From the NCBI GenBank assembly GCA_026025795.1, contig JAPEUG010000099.1, forward strand, positions 1 through 47,776: 47,776 bases of DNA. Reading direction: 5' to 3'. Every line of letters starts with the position of its first letter. Position 1 is the stretch's first letter. Positions 1 to 12,522 of this stretch are shown here, one piece after another. The position numbers were made by a program, and so were the translations under genes. The DNA is from Thelocarpon superellum. Lineage: Eukaryota. The notes below the pieces were generated by a model that was given only the letters and a program-made list of their open reading frames with translations, ran no database searches and was not told the origin of the DNA.

Positions 1-358
1 CCTGTGCAGCATTCCGACCCTCCTGTCGAGGGATCCCGCGCTTAGCTGACGCATGAAACGTCTCATGGAAGCAGCTCAGCCATAACTCCTTTCTGAGTCG
101 GTATCTTCTTACCGCCGAAAGCACACGGAAAAAGACAAGTGTGAGCGGTTTCGGCGGTAAATAGCACGCACACTTCCCAACACGATAGCTCTCGAGCGTG
201 GAGGCTGATTCCAAGTGGGTGATACTAACTGACTTTACCGCCGGCATCGACATCCCTAACAGACCGCGAGGCTGAGGACCCTGCGCCTCATGGTAGGGAT
301 GGGGGCAGTCACAGGCGTACACGTGATCGTGCACGTGACGTACCTACTGTATATAAGT
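1..358. other. Structured or regulatory non-coding element (multi-hairpin; three TTACCGCCG copies; two CACGTG; TATA-like motif), probably cut by the window edge
   Basis: Inverted repeats at 1-6/310-315, 18-22/28-32, 44-48/72-76, 52-56/63-67, 109-120/149-160 (12 bp perfect) and 251-258/294-301. Also TACTAAC 223-229, CACGTG 320-325 and 332-337, TATATAA 350-356. Confidence 0.35.
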
Positions 359-2764
359 TGTTGTGCAGTGGGAATACAGTATAGATAGTCTTAAGGCTAG
401 CTATTAGACCTCTGCTTGGGCCTCCCCATACCGATTATGTGGGAACCAGCAAAGCAGCATTTCCTGTTCTGCCTTCCAGGACCAACTGCTGATTATGTCA
501 TCTTCCACATATGTTGAGTCGGGCAGCGAGCTAGCAGAGCCCCAGCGTTCAACGCGAGTGACACGAGGAGGCCAGGAATAGGTCTACGAGCCCTATCGAG
601 CCACAACGTCAAGTCCTATTGTCTACGTCTACTGTTCCCGCCTAGCTGTAGGCCTCGTCGTCACACAGACCCTGGACCACGCGCCCACTTCACCGCTGCA
701 TTGCATCATCTCTGGAAATCGAAGGCAAATGGGTCTCCAAAGCCTTCGCTCTCCTGCGCCCGCTACTGTTTCCAAATCGGCTGTGCCGGAAACAAGCATG
801 CCTTGGTTCTTGTGTCAATGATCCCAATGTTTCGAGTGTCTAGGTCTACAGTATCAGCATGCGAACAGCTTCTCGTTCTTCGACTACAAGATGCCCCTCA
901 CGTCATCTTGTGAAGACTTCTTTGAGCTGCTCAATATCAAGCGCCTTGGAGCAATCTTACATATCAACTTATGTGTCGATATCTCTTCACTCTACACAAG
1001 GCTCGATACCCTTCTCCAAAGCCACCATCCCATAGCTCCCCCTTCTCCTCGCAGCAATGTCCACTTCCCGCGTGGTCACATTCCTCGAGGGGCTGTATAG
1101 CAGCACTCAAGGTCTAAGAAAGAGGTTCCAAATTGTGCTCTTGATTCAGCAGAGCTGGGCTATCCCAACGGATGCGGTTGAATGCCAGGTGATGTATGAT
1201 AAAATTCAAACTATCTTCGACATCGCGCTAACATTTCGATATATAGAACAGGTTTTTTCAGGCGAGCTTTGCCGATCGTCGAATCCATCTTACAGTCGAC
1301 TGTTATGATAGCCTTGGTCGCTATATTGGTCGATACCACGTGGTCAATCGAGGTAGCACCTCGAGGCTATGCATGCCCTGAAGTCGCTGACGGGTGGTTA
1401 TGACAGCAGGCGCGATAAGGTTTGAGATTAGAGTCTGGTTGCTTGGGACAGGCACAGGGAGTGGGGAATGGGGATGGTAAGGATCCATAGGAAGGACGTA
1501 TGGAGAGAGATTTGGCGACGATCAGGATTATGCCAGCTGCTACATGTTTCCTGTACGCAAGGTCTACGCCATGCTATCGAAGAGTGAATGTCTATCTCTC
1601 AAGACCATCTCGCCGCATTCAGAGTACGTTATGTCGAATGCCGTTCGCGACGCCCGGGAAGCTCGCCTCGGCCGCTGTTTAGTTGAGCGGTAAAGTGATC
1701 GGCGCCCTGATTGATTCTCAGGTCTCGAGCAGTGATATGAAACATACTGCAGCTTGTCGATGTGATTCGTTGCCTGCACCTCTCCGCTTCGCAAAGCGCC
1801 CCGCTGCTGCAGTGAGCGGAGGTTGGACGATCGTCGGGCGGTCTGCAAATGACGGTTGGTAAGCGACGGTGCTCCGTTAGATCTCGTACGAGACGCGGCT
1901 TCGCTTGTACCGCAGTACGAAGTACACAGGCGATGCAGGCACAATAGAAGCCTCGCGACCGCCAGTGCGCCATTGGTGGGGATGAGAGAAGCCTATTGGC
2001 TCCAGGTTCTCCTGTAGCGCAGTAGCCGATGCTGCCCGAAGCTGACGTATCGCTCACAGCCGCCTTGCTTCACCGTCCCGTAAGGCGAGTGGCCACTGAC
2101 CAGCGCAAGCTCTCGGATGACTCCGTAACGCCGCCCCACTCTACAGTAGCTCCGCAAGCTACGATGGCGCAAAGGCCCACGCGGTGTTTAAGCCTTCGGA
2201 GGAGTATCAAGATCCCCGTTCACCGCATGAGTTCCAGGAGTACGAAGTATTTTTTTCCGCCCTTGCGTCCAGGCAGTCGACATGTCTCCAGGACCGCTTC
2301 CCTTGATGAGGCTGAGTCACGGTGAGGCCGCCCAGAAGCAGAGAGAAGACTCCGGGCGGTTCATCGTCATCAGCCTTGTCACGAGGCTGCCGAGAAAAAC
2401 ACTTCGGAGCTTGCGACTTGGCGCGTAACGGGCTGACGGCGGATTTGCACAGCGTGACCTCATCCTCCACCATCGCCGTCGGCAGAAAGCTATTCGGCTC
2501 AGCTGCTGGCGATGTTGATGACACTGACGTAGTGTGTGCCTGGCGGTCGCGTGGACCAGAAGGTATAAAGGCAAGTCAGTCGCGTGCCCAGCTGGCGGTT
2601 GTCCATACCGCCGCAACTCCTTTGCCACCCCGCATATCCTCGCCGTTTCATATCCCATCTAGCGAGTACGACCCATCTCCTCCTCGATTCATCTTCGACC
2701 TTTGCCTTCCAAAGACCATTTTCTTCGTAAGCTGTCTGGTCCGGACCACTGGGCGCCGCTCATC

Positions 2765-3557
2765 ATGTCGAACTATCCACCGCACGGCTACCCCCCATCC
2801 GGCCCGTATGGCCAAGCGCCCGTGTACGGCGGCTCGCCTCAGAACCATGGACACCCCCACGGGGCCTATCCTCCGCCGCCGGGACCGCCTGGCTATAGCA
2901 CCTCCACCCTAGGGGCGCCCAGTCCCCACGGCCGACCAAGCTCATCGCATTCAGGCCACGGTCCTGACCCGTACCACGGCCGTCATCCCGATTACGATGC
3001 CCCTCCCACCGGTCCCGGCGCCTATGCTGATCCTCCCCATGAACGAGGCCGGACTTCGGGCGACCACGGTGCGGAGAAGGGCTTTGGCGCCAGCGTCATC
3101 GGCGCGGCAGGGGTAAGTCCCTCATTCTACTTCGTGGGTGTGAACTAATCCTGATGGGTATCGATAGGGTGGTTTCTTAGGCCACGAGCTCGGTGGCGGT
3201 GCTCTTGGCACTATCGGAGGCATGGTGGCGGGCGCCCTCGGCGCCAATGCGCTGGAGAAGCATCATCGCAAGAAGCATCATCGAGATGGGTCGAAACATC
3301 GAGAAGGCTCGTCACACCACCATCATGGCGGTTCATCGATCGGGAGCCATGACCATGGCTCCACCCACCTGGGCATTGGATCGCTACTCGGCGTGGGAAA
3401 CAGCAGCCACCGTTCGCGGAGCCGGAGTAGCCATGGAGGGCACCGTCACCACCACCATAGCCGGAGCCGCAGTCGCGGTGGAGACCTCGACCGCAGTGAT
3501 GGTGGATCGAGCGACAGCGACCGTGCGTCTCGGCACCGGCACTCTCGGCGCCATTAA
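2765..3557 (+). CDS. Pro/Gly-rich glycine-zipper (2TM-like) protein with His/Ser/Arg-rich C-terminus, ~245 aa
   Basis: ATG 2765; intron 3113-3167 (GTAAGT..CTAAT..TAG). Splicing gives KGFGASVIGAAGGGFLGHELGGGALGTIGGMVAGALGANALEKHH, a typical fungal glycine-zipper. Stop at 3557. Confidence 0.8.
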
Positions 3558-5205
3558 GTCGCTATGCTCCTCCATGCCATGCACATGGATAGTGCGCACT
3601 TGAAAATGGATTGGATCTGGTCATGGTAAACGGTTGATTTTGGCGTTGGCATCGATCCATGACGCATGTACATTAGACATGGACATTTACACCATGACGA
3701 TCCGCACAAAGATGATGATGTTGAGAATGCGGCACGGAGAACGGAGCGAGAGTAAAGGGCGAGCCGGGAGATAGGATCAAGATCAAGATCAAGAGTGGTG
3801 AGAACCCTCGCTGCAAACAAAGGCGAGCCAGGAAATCCCGCGAGCTCGGTCAAAGCAGGAAGCGCCGCTCGCGGCATCGCACAGCATCCCGGGAAGAAAG
3901 TGGCACCCACGCGGCTCGGAGGGTACTCCGTACTCGTGCTACTTCGTAATCGGCACGAAAGCGAGGGCTTCGAGTACGGAGGTGTTACTCTAGAATTGCA
4001 ACCGAACTCAGACTGGGAACGCTACGGCGGTCAATACGCCGAGATGCGTGTCTCGTTCAAAGGGCCCCTCGTGCTACGGCGAAAAGAGGGTGAGGCAACA
4101 GCGCGAGCCCTCTCCAAGCATGGATTTATCAATGTCGGTCATCATTGACCTTGGGTATGAAGTGCAATCTGAATCCCACGAACGGATCGCACAGCCGGCC
4201 CAATTTGCCCATCAGTCTCACACAAGCAACAACGAAGCTTGTCTCAGCCCTGAAGCCAGGCAGCTGGCTTAGCAAGGGATGTGCGACAGTGCACATGGCC
4301 ATAATCAAGCTTGAACCACCAAGGGGCGTGGCCCGCACCTTGCTATCCCAGCCAAGCGTCCTTCATGCTTCGAACTTCGCTTGAAACAATCCTCCTACAT
4401 TAACCATGCTGGGAATGACGAGTTGATGTTCAAACTCTCGCTCAAATTCAAGTGTCGGTCGCGGTGCACCGACCGCTGCAGGGTCCGCTCACATGGCTGA
4501 CGCGGCTCTCATCCTTTCGTTATCGTCTTCGCCTACCCGCACGGGCATCGTTTGTCGAAGGCCAGCACGAAAGGTGGTCCGGCCCATTCGGCTATATCGG
4601 ATCTGCCTGGCCCCCGCGTCTGCTAACCTTCCCCTTTCATCAGCATCAGACAGATCGCACAACCATGTTCGACATGCAGGATCATTGGACCAGGTGGTCT
4701 AGCGGCTGGCCCGGATTCCTGGCGATGTCGAAGCTCCCGCATCGGGGAGCGGGCTCCGGAACTCTCTCGAGTCCATCAACCACACGGGTACCCTGGTCAC
4801 ACGTGGTGGCGCCATCCTGCCATTGTTCCGGTCTCGCTATCTTCCACACGGGCCATCTATCTGTCCTGGTAGCATTTTCTGTGGGCTGTCCCACCGTCGA
4901 TTGTGCTCGGCCTGCCTACGAGCCCGAACCCCTCAAGTGTTCGCCCATACTCGACCTGGCTAGGGCCCCGAGTCCCTCAAGCTCCCGCCCATGCTTGACC
5001 GGGCATGTGTGAAGCCCACAATGGTCACACGCGACGCGCGCTCGGGTGTCCCTGCGGTGCCATTCTTTGGCCCGTGCCTTGTGGAGGAGGACCGTGCGTT
5101 CTCTGCTCCTATAATTGATCATCTCATGCCCAACGTTGTGCGGCAGGGTCCATTGTCCATTGCTGCCAGCACGAGCTTTGTTTCAGCTCTCACCCAGAGG
5201 GCACA

Positions 5206-7059
5206 ATGCATCGGTCCGCCTTCCTGGTGCCGCTGGCAAGCATCATGCTCCAGCATGTCACCAATGCATTTCCTCGCCCCGATGTGCCCCCGTTGCAGTC
5301 TCTCGTCGCGAGGGAAAGCGCCATCTCCACGGGCTGTCAGCGGGATGACGTGTCGCAGGCCCTCGATGGCGCCGGTAGTGACGCAGTCTCCTTCTGCGAC
5401 TCCTACTTGCAGAGTGACCAAAAGGCTATTCCTTCGTTTGCTTCAGAATTCTCCCCGGCCGAGATCTGGAGCGCGTGTTTCTGCCTTGACACAGAGCCAA
5501 CGCCTCTGGCGATTGGTGGCACCTCCTCCGTCATGGTTCCGGCGACGACGACGCCAACGTCCATCGGCAGCCGATCCCCACGTCCGGCACCTGCGACGAC
5601 GCCTCCGCCATCCAGTTCTAGCGCTGCTCGTAGCGCTCCTCCGTCGCCACCAACAGCATCTACGGCTGACGGCGGCGGGGTAGCACTCGCTCCGAGTGGC
5701 GTGAATTGCCTGGATCCGCAGACGGGGCTGGATGGAGCATGTTGGGACATCCTCAATCTCACGGACTATGTCAACGAGTGGGTGATCGCTCAGGGGCCGA
5801 AGTGGTGTGCCGGTGGCCAGCCATTCGCAACGTGCTTCCAGCGGAGCCTCAACGTGGTCGGCCAAGATTGCACCGGCATCAAGCAGACGACTTGCACGCC
5901 ACCGACGAACATCTACTCGGCACAGGACTACTATGTCCTTTACAACATCTATGGTGCGGGGCTCACGTCAACCTTGCGCCGCTGTCTTGATGGCTGATCC
6001 GTTCTCTCGGGTGCAGCGATCAACCAATTCTTCAACTCCTGGTGGACAGCGTTGAATGCAGCAAGCGCGCTGGCGGCGGATACCATCGGCACCATCGTGC
6101 GATACATCTCGCCTCCCCAACAGACGAATGTGATCGTTCAAGATGTGCTTGTAGCGCTCGGGGCCAGCCTGGCCTTCTTGGATCTGCCGGCCGCGCTGGC
6201 CGTCACGGCGGTAGAGGGGGTGGTGTACAGCTGCGTGGAAAAAGCGCTGCAGCAAACGCCGGGCATCTTGAGGTTTCTGTTTCCGGCCACAACCGTGCAG
6301 CCCGTGGACGTGGAGATCACCGAGCTGTCGTCGCAGATTGCGGGCATCGTGCTGCAGTTCCAGAGTCAGGTGTCGGACACGGTCAGTGCCATCGCGCAGA
6401 ATGCCACGACCTTTGTGGCATGGGCTGGGACAGGCGGGTTTTCGGGCACGCTGCCGGCGCTGGACGCCGAGACCGACAATCTCTACCAGGTGCTCAACAC
6501 GTACGTCATCTCGCAGGCGTACAACGCCAAGAACATCGTGGCCACGGTGGGCCGGGACACGAACGTCCAACAGCTGCAGGCCAACTCGACGCTCCAGTAC
6601 GACCTCAATTGCGCCTCCTACGACGCGAATGGTGTGTGCGGAGCGTGGTGGTACGACAATCAGACGAACAATGCGTACGCGCTCGACGACCCGAAGACGA
6701 TGTCGCATAATTTCCACGACGATATGGAGTATCTGTTCCACAATAACTGGACCACGGGCGCCATGTTGTTTGGCGGGGCGTATCAGTGCAAGGGCACGGA
6801 CCAGTACCAGCAGCCCCCGAGCATCAGCCTGAACAGCCAAGGCCTTCAGACCGGCTGCATGTCGACACTGCAGGTGTGCACATGGCAGATGCACTGCAAC
6901 CCCTACGAGCTGTGCGAGTTCACCGACTGCCCGACGCAGCCGTACTTTAATGCGCACGGCTGCCAACTGCTCTCCGGTCCGACAACGCAGGCGCAACTGC
7001 CGGCCGGTTACCTCGGAGATTATCTCCAGAAGTGCACCCACTTACCCCGTGGGATCTAG
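5206..7059 (+). CDS. Secreted cysteine-rich hypothetical protein, ~596 aa
   Basis: Signal-peptide-like N-terminus, a C..FC..SACFC module, a Ser/Thr/Pro linker, then Cys-rich domains. Intron 5954-6016 (GTGCGG..CTGAT..CAG) joins the 5206 and 6052 ORFs in frame (YNIYAINQFFNSWW). Strong GC3 bias. Confidence 0.8.
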
Positions 7060-8714
7060 GCATGGTAGCATAGCTGGGGAGTAGTGTGGGCACATCTTGG
7101 TTGAGATGTTGACATGATCCAGGTGGCATTGAAGGGGGTTTGGTAGTCCGGCTGGCGCATCTGCCGCGACGCGGTCAGCTTTCTACGGGGTCATCATTCG
7201 TTCGCAAGATATGTACCATTCAGAGATGTCTATATATAGCCATGGCTGAGAGCCTGAGCACCAGAACGAGTACATGCCATCTTCTACTGATCCAACCGCT
7301 TGCACCTGTCGCCAAGAGAAGGCGAAACGGCGCGACGTGGCTTCGGACGAGCAGGCATGAGCATAGCGAAGCAGACGTGCCGAGACGGCGCGTGGAAGGT
7401 CTGAAGACAGGATTTTGTGGAGTAGCGAGGCCCGACCCCAACCCCGGTCCGCATCAACGGGCCAGTCAAGCCCGCCCCCAGGTCTCGGTTCCTTTCGCCC
7501 ATGGGGAAGCTGACATGACATCCACGTCCCCCTGGTCGGTGGCGCACCCTGAGGACGACGATCACGACGCGAGTCAGATGCGGTAGCAGCGCAGGTGCGC
7601 CCACGAGCCCTGGCGCAGGGCCACGCGCATCCGTGCCATGTGCAGAATGTGCAGAACTTCCCTCCCCGGACGCGTTCAGCGGGAAACGAGGGAGTGGAAA
7701 GGGCGGCCGCACGTAGTGGTGGGTGGCAAATTGGGCGAATTGGGCAAGTGAGACGCCGGCCAGTGGGATCTGCGCACGTCCTGCGCTTCACAATGGCAAA
7801 GTGTTGCGACGCTGTCGCGGTGGATGGCCCGATGGACCGGCACCATGCTCAATGTTTGATGCGTCGCGGGCGGTGACCGTGCCATCCATCACCAATGGTC
7901 CGGGTCTCGCGGGAGACCATCTATTGCTTGTGTTGGGCTGAATGAATTGTTGAGCTCGGTGCCGTGGTGCGGTAGTGCGGGAGTGCGGGAGCGCGTCCTA
8001 TGCATTTAGGCGTGGGAGTTGTCGCACCCTGACACACTAGAAGCCCGGGGTCTGGCGGTGTGCAACGGCTGGGGGCGTGTGGTCGCGCGGTCGCGCGGGC
8101 GCGCGGGCGGTCAGCCAGTCAGCCCCAGGCCCAGGCACATGCGCCCCACGAGTCACGCCGAGTCGCAGCGAGTCACGGCGCGTCTCGACCTTTGGCCCGA
8201 CCGAGGCTGGCTTAGTCCCGAAATCTCTTTCGCCCAACGCCCGTGCGTGCACGTCGCTTGCGGCCACAGGCACAGTCACTCGATCGGCGGTCGACGGCGG
8301 CCGGTCGGCTCCCAGCCAGTCCAAGGCCCAGCACGGGGAGGCCTTGGGGCCTGGGCTATAACAATAATTTCCCCCCGGCCCTAATCGCTGCGCCTCGCCT
8401 CTTTTTTTTGTGCCCTTGTCTCTCAATCCCTCCTTTCTCCTCCATCTCTGTTCGTGGGTCTCATAGATAGATCTCTCTCCCCATCGTTGCCCGCTCGTGT
8501 TGTCGTGCGCAATAGACCTCGTCGCCATAGAGCGGACCCTTCGTCCGTGGACGATCGCATCGTACCGGTGCCTGCTGTCGAACGCTCGATACCCCCGTTA
8601 GACCGAAGACCCCGTCCGCCGAGATTTTCTTATCGCCACCCGATCCCATCCCCACCACCCACGTTTCACTTTCATCTGCGTCACGCACCACCCACTATCC
8701 GCAACATCGACCTC

Positions 8715-11700
8715 ATGGCTCCCGCCGTCGACGTCATGGCCGCCACGAACCCGAGTGGCAAGGCCGAGGCCGTCGAGAACGCCAAGTCCGTCAAGGTCCT
8801 GGACGAGCTGCTTAGCAAGCTGTCCATCTCCAAGACGCAAGACGAGGCCAACGCCGCCGCGACCAACATCGCGACCTTCATCAACGGTCCCATCGAGGAG
8901 CATGACGCCCCTACCAAGTGAGTCTCTCGTTGCTATGCCTCATCCTGCCGCCAGGGATCCCGTGCTGATCCGTTTGTGTGTAGGGCGATCGAGTCGCTCA
9001 AGAAGCAGCTCGCCAACAAGAAAGACGCCGTGGTGCGAGAACATGCGCTCAACACCATCGAGGCCATCGCCAGCCATGCCTCCGTCTCGCCCGCCGTCGA
9101 GCCCTATCTCGTCCTCCTCTTGGGCCCGACCCTGGCCGCGGTCGGCGACAAGATCACCGCGGTCAAGAACGCCGCCCAGACGGCCGCGCTGGCCATCGTC
9201 AAGGCCATCAATGCCAACGCCGTCAAGGTCGCCTTGCCGCCCATCATCAAGTCCATCCTCACGGCGCAGAAGTGGCCGGAGAAGATGACGGGCCTGAAAT
9301 GCATCGAGGCCCTGGTCGAGAGCGCCCCGGCGCAGCTGGCCCTGCGCGTGCCCGACCTCATCCCGGTCGTGTCCGAGTCCATGTGGGACACCAAGCCCGA
9401 GGTCAAGAAGGCCGCGTATGGCACCATGGAGAAGGTGTGCGGCTTGATCGTCAACAAGGACATCGAGCGCTTCATCCCCGAGCTCATCAAGTGTATCGCC
9501 AAGCCGGAGAACGTGCCGGAGACGGTGCATCTGCTGGGCGCCACCACCTTCGTCACGGACGTGCACGAGCCGACGCTGGCCATCATGGTCCCCCTGCTCG
9601 ACCGAGGCCTGAACGAGCGCGAGACGGCGATCAAGCGGAAGGCGGCCGTCATCGTCGACAACATGTGCAAGCTCGTCGAGGACCCGCAGATCGTCGCCGC
9701 CTTCTTGCCCAAGCTGATGCCGGCGCTCGAGAAGAACTTTGAGAACTTGGCCGACCCCGAGGCGCGCGAGAAGACCAAGCAGGGCCTCGAGACGCTCACG
9801 CGCGTGGGGGCCGTCAAGGACGGCAAGATCCCCGAGGTCTCGCACGCCGGCGACGTCGCCACCGTCCTGGCCATCCTCAAGCAGATCTTCGCGCCCAAGC
9901 ACGCCGACGCCGTGACCAAGTTCGAGCCCGTGCTCGAGTACATCTCCGCCATCGCCGGGCAGCTCATTGATGAGAAGGACAACGACTCGACCATCTGGAC
10001 CGAGAGCACGCTCGCCTACATCAAGGCCGTGGTGGGCGAGAGCGACGCACAGGGCATCGCCGACGCGCTCCGGAAGCGCGCCTCGCCCGGCGCGGCCGAG
10101 GAGGACGAGTCGGAGGAGGACGACGAGGAGGGCGAGGACCTCTGCAACTGCACCTTCAACCTGGCCTACGGTGCCAAGATCCTGCTCAACCAGACCCACC
10201 TGCGGCTGAAGCGCGGCCAGCGCTACGGCCTGTGCGGCCCCAACGGCTCGGGCAAGTCGACGCTGATGCGCGCCATCAACAACGAGCAGGTCGAGGGCTT
10301 TCCCAAGAAGGACGAGGTCAAGACCGTCTTCGTCGAGCACGATCTGGACGCGGCCGACACGGAGCAGACCATCATCAACTGGACGCAGAAGAAGATCGAG
10401 GAGGCCGGGATCAAGATCGAGAAGTCGGTGATCGAGCCGCGGCTGCTCGAGTTTGGCTTCTTGCAGGAGCAGTTCGAGGCGCCCATCACCTCGCTCTCGG
10501 GCGGGTGGAAGATGAAGCTCGCGTTGGCGCGGGCCATGTTCGAGGATCCCGACATCATCCTGCTGGACGAGCCGACGAACCATCTGGACGTCAAGAACGT
10601 CAAGTGGCTCGAGAACTACCTGACCAACTCGCCCTGCACCTCCATCATCGTGTCGCACGACAGCAAGTTCCTCGACAATGTGTGCCAGCACATCATCCAC
10701 TACGAGCGCTTCAAGCTCAAGCGGTATCGCGGCAACCTGGCGGAGTTTGTCAAGAAGTGCCCGTCGGCCAAGTCGTACTACGAGCTGGGCGCGTCGGAGA
10801 TGGAGTTCAAGTTCCCCGAGCCCGGCTTCCTCGAGGGCGTCAAGACCAAGGCCAAGGCGATCGTGCGCGTCAGCAACATGACCTTCCAGTACCCCGGCAC
10901 GTCGAAGCCGCAGATCTCCGACATCTCCTTCCAGTGCTCGCTGGGCTCGCGCATCGCCGTCATCGGGCCCAACGGCGCGGGCAAGTCGACGCTCATCAAC
11001 GTGCTGACGGGCGAGCTGATCCCGACGATTGGCGACGTGTACACGCACGAGAACATCCGGATCGCGTACATCAAGCAGCACGCCTTCGCGCACATCGACC
11101 ACCACCTCGACAAGACGCCGTCGGAGTACATCCAGTGGCGCTTCCAGACGGGCGAGGACCGCGAGACCATGGACCGGGCCAACAAGATCGTGACGGACGA
11201 GGACGAGAAGGCCATGGACAAGATCTACAAGGTCGACGGCACGCAGCGACGCGTCATCGGCATCCACTCGCGCCGCAAGTTCAAGAACTCCTACGAGTAC
11301 GAGTGCTCCTTCGTGCTGGGCGAGAACGTGGGGATGAAGAACGAGAAGTGGACGCCGATGATGACGGCCGACAACGCCTGGATCCCGCGCACCGAGATCC
11401 TGGCCTCGCACTCCAAGATGGTGGCCGAGGTGGACCAGAAGGAGGCGCTCGCCAGCGGGCAGTTCCGGCCGCTGGTGCGCAAGGAGATTGAGCAGCACTG
11501 CGCCAACTTTGGCCTCGACGCCGAGCTCGTGTCGCACTCGCGCATGCGCGGTCTCTCGGGCGGGCAGCGGGTCAAGGTCGTGCTGGCGGCGTGCTCGTGG
11601 CAGCGACCGCACCTGATCGTGCTCGACGAGCCCACCAACTACCTCGACCGCGACTCGCTGGGCGCCCTCTCCAAGGCGCTCAAGGCCTTTGAGGGCGGGG

Positions 11701-11990
11701 TCATCATCATCACGCACTCGGCCGAGTTCACCAAGGACCTGACGGAGGAGGTCTGGGCTGTACTGGACGGGAAGATGACGCCGTCGGGCCACAACTGGGT
11801 GCAAGGCCAGGGGGCCGGCCCGCGTCTGACGGACAAGGACGACGAGGAGGAGCGCTTCGATGCCATGGGCAACAAGATCGAGGGCGGCAAGAAGCAGAAG
11901 AAGCTGACCTCGGCCGAGCTCCGGAAGAAGAAGAAGGACCGCATGGCCCGTCGCAAGCGCGGCGAGGAGGTCTTCTCCGACGAGGACTAA
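8715..11990 (+). CDS. TEF3: Translation elongation factor 3 (eEF3; HEAT repeats plus two ABC ATPase domains), ~1069 aa
   Basis: ATG 8715; intron 8918-8983. Walker A motifs GPNGSGKST and GPNGAGKST; signatures LSGGWKMK and LSGGQRVK; two LDEPTN motifs; basic C-terminal tail. Extreme codon bias. Confidence 0.97.
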
Positions 11991-12522
11991 CCCGCACATT
12001 CATTCCCAGACCTTCCTTTCTTTCCTTTTTCCATTTTCCCGTCTGGTCTCTTCCAAATCCTTTGCTCGCATCGCGCCACCACGGAGGTATGACATGACCT
12101 CCACATCGGTCTAGGGAAGGCGGTGGGTGCGGAAGGGGGGTATCGGAAGCGTCGTGCTGGCAGCGAGGGTGACTTGGCTGGTTTGGCCTCGTTCCTAATG
12201 ATGGCTTTTGCTTTCGTGCGTATGAGTTTACACGTGACTACTGCGATGATTGATAGATGAAGAAACGTTTGCGACTTACACCGTACACGAGGAGCCGCGA
12301 CCGAGGGGCGTGACGGAAGTTACCTGGGAGACACGAGTAGATCGGTTCCCTCGGGCGAGCTTTGGGTGGAAGTGTGCCGACTACTATGGGTACTGTCCAC
12401 GGGTGAGTTTGTAATCGGCAACCGGCCTACCGAAGCCCTGAGAAACTCTTTCGGAGATCCACGAACGCACAATTGATTCAGTCATGATTCTGGCACAGAG
12501 GATGTGTCATTAGTGTGCCGCC

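Noticed and set aside
252..260. CCCTAAC as a telomerase template
   Set aside because: It is buried in a hairpin stem and doubles as a branch/acceptor-like CTAACAG; no pseudoknot follows.
272..301. CTGAGGA plus stem as a hammerhead ribozyme core
   Set aside because: No GAAA after the putative stem II.
3795..4148. 117-aa ORF with a protein-like middle section
   Set aside because: GTG start, no supportable splice model and no recognisable motif.
5968..7041. 357-aa antisense ORF
   Set aside because: Codon-bias shadow of the secreted-protein exon.
8940..11999. 1019-aa antisense ORF over eEF3
   Set aside because: Shadow of extreme GC3 codon bias: it is codon-aligned and coextensive with eEF3 exon 2, and shows no recognisable domain.
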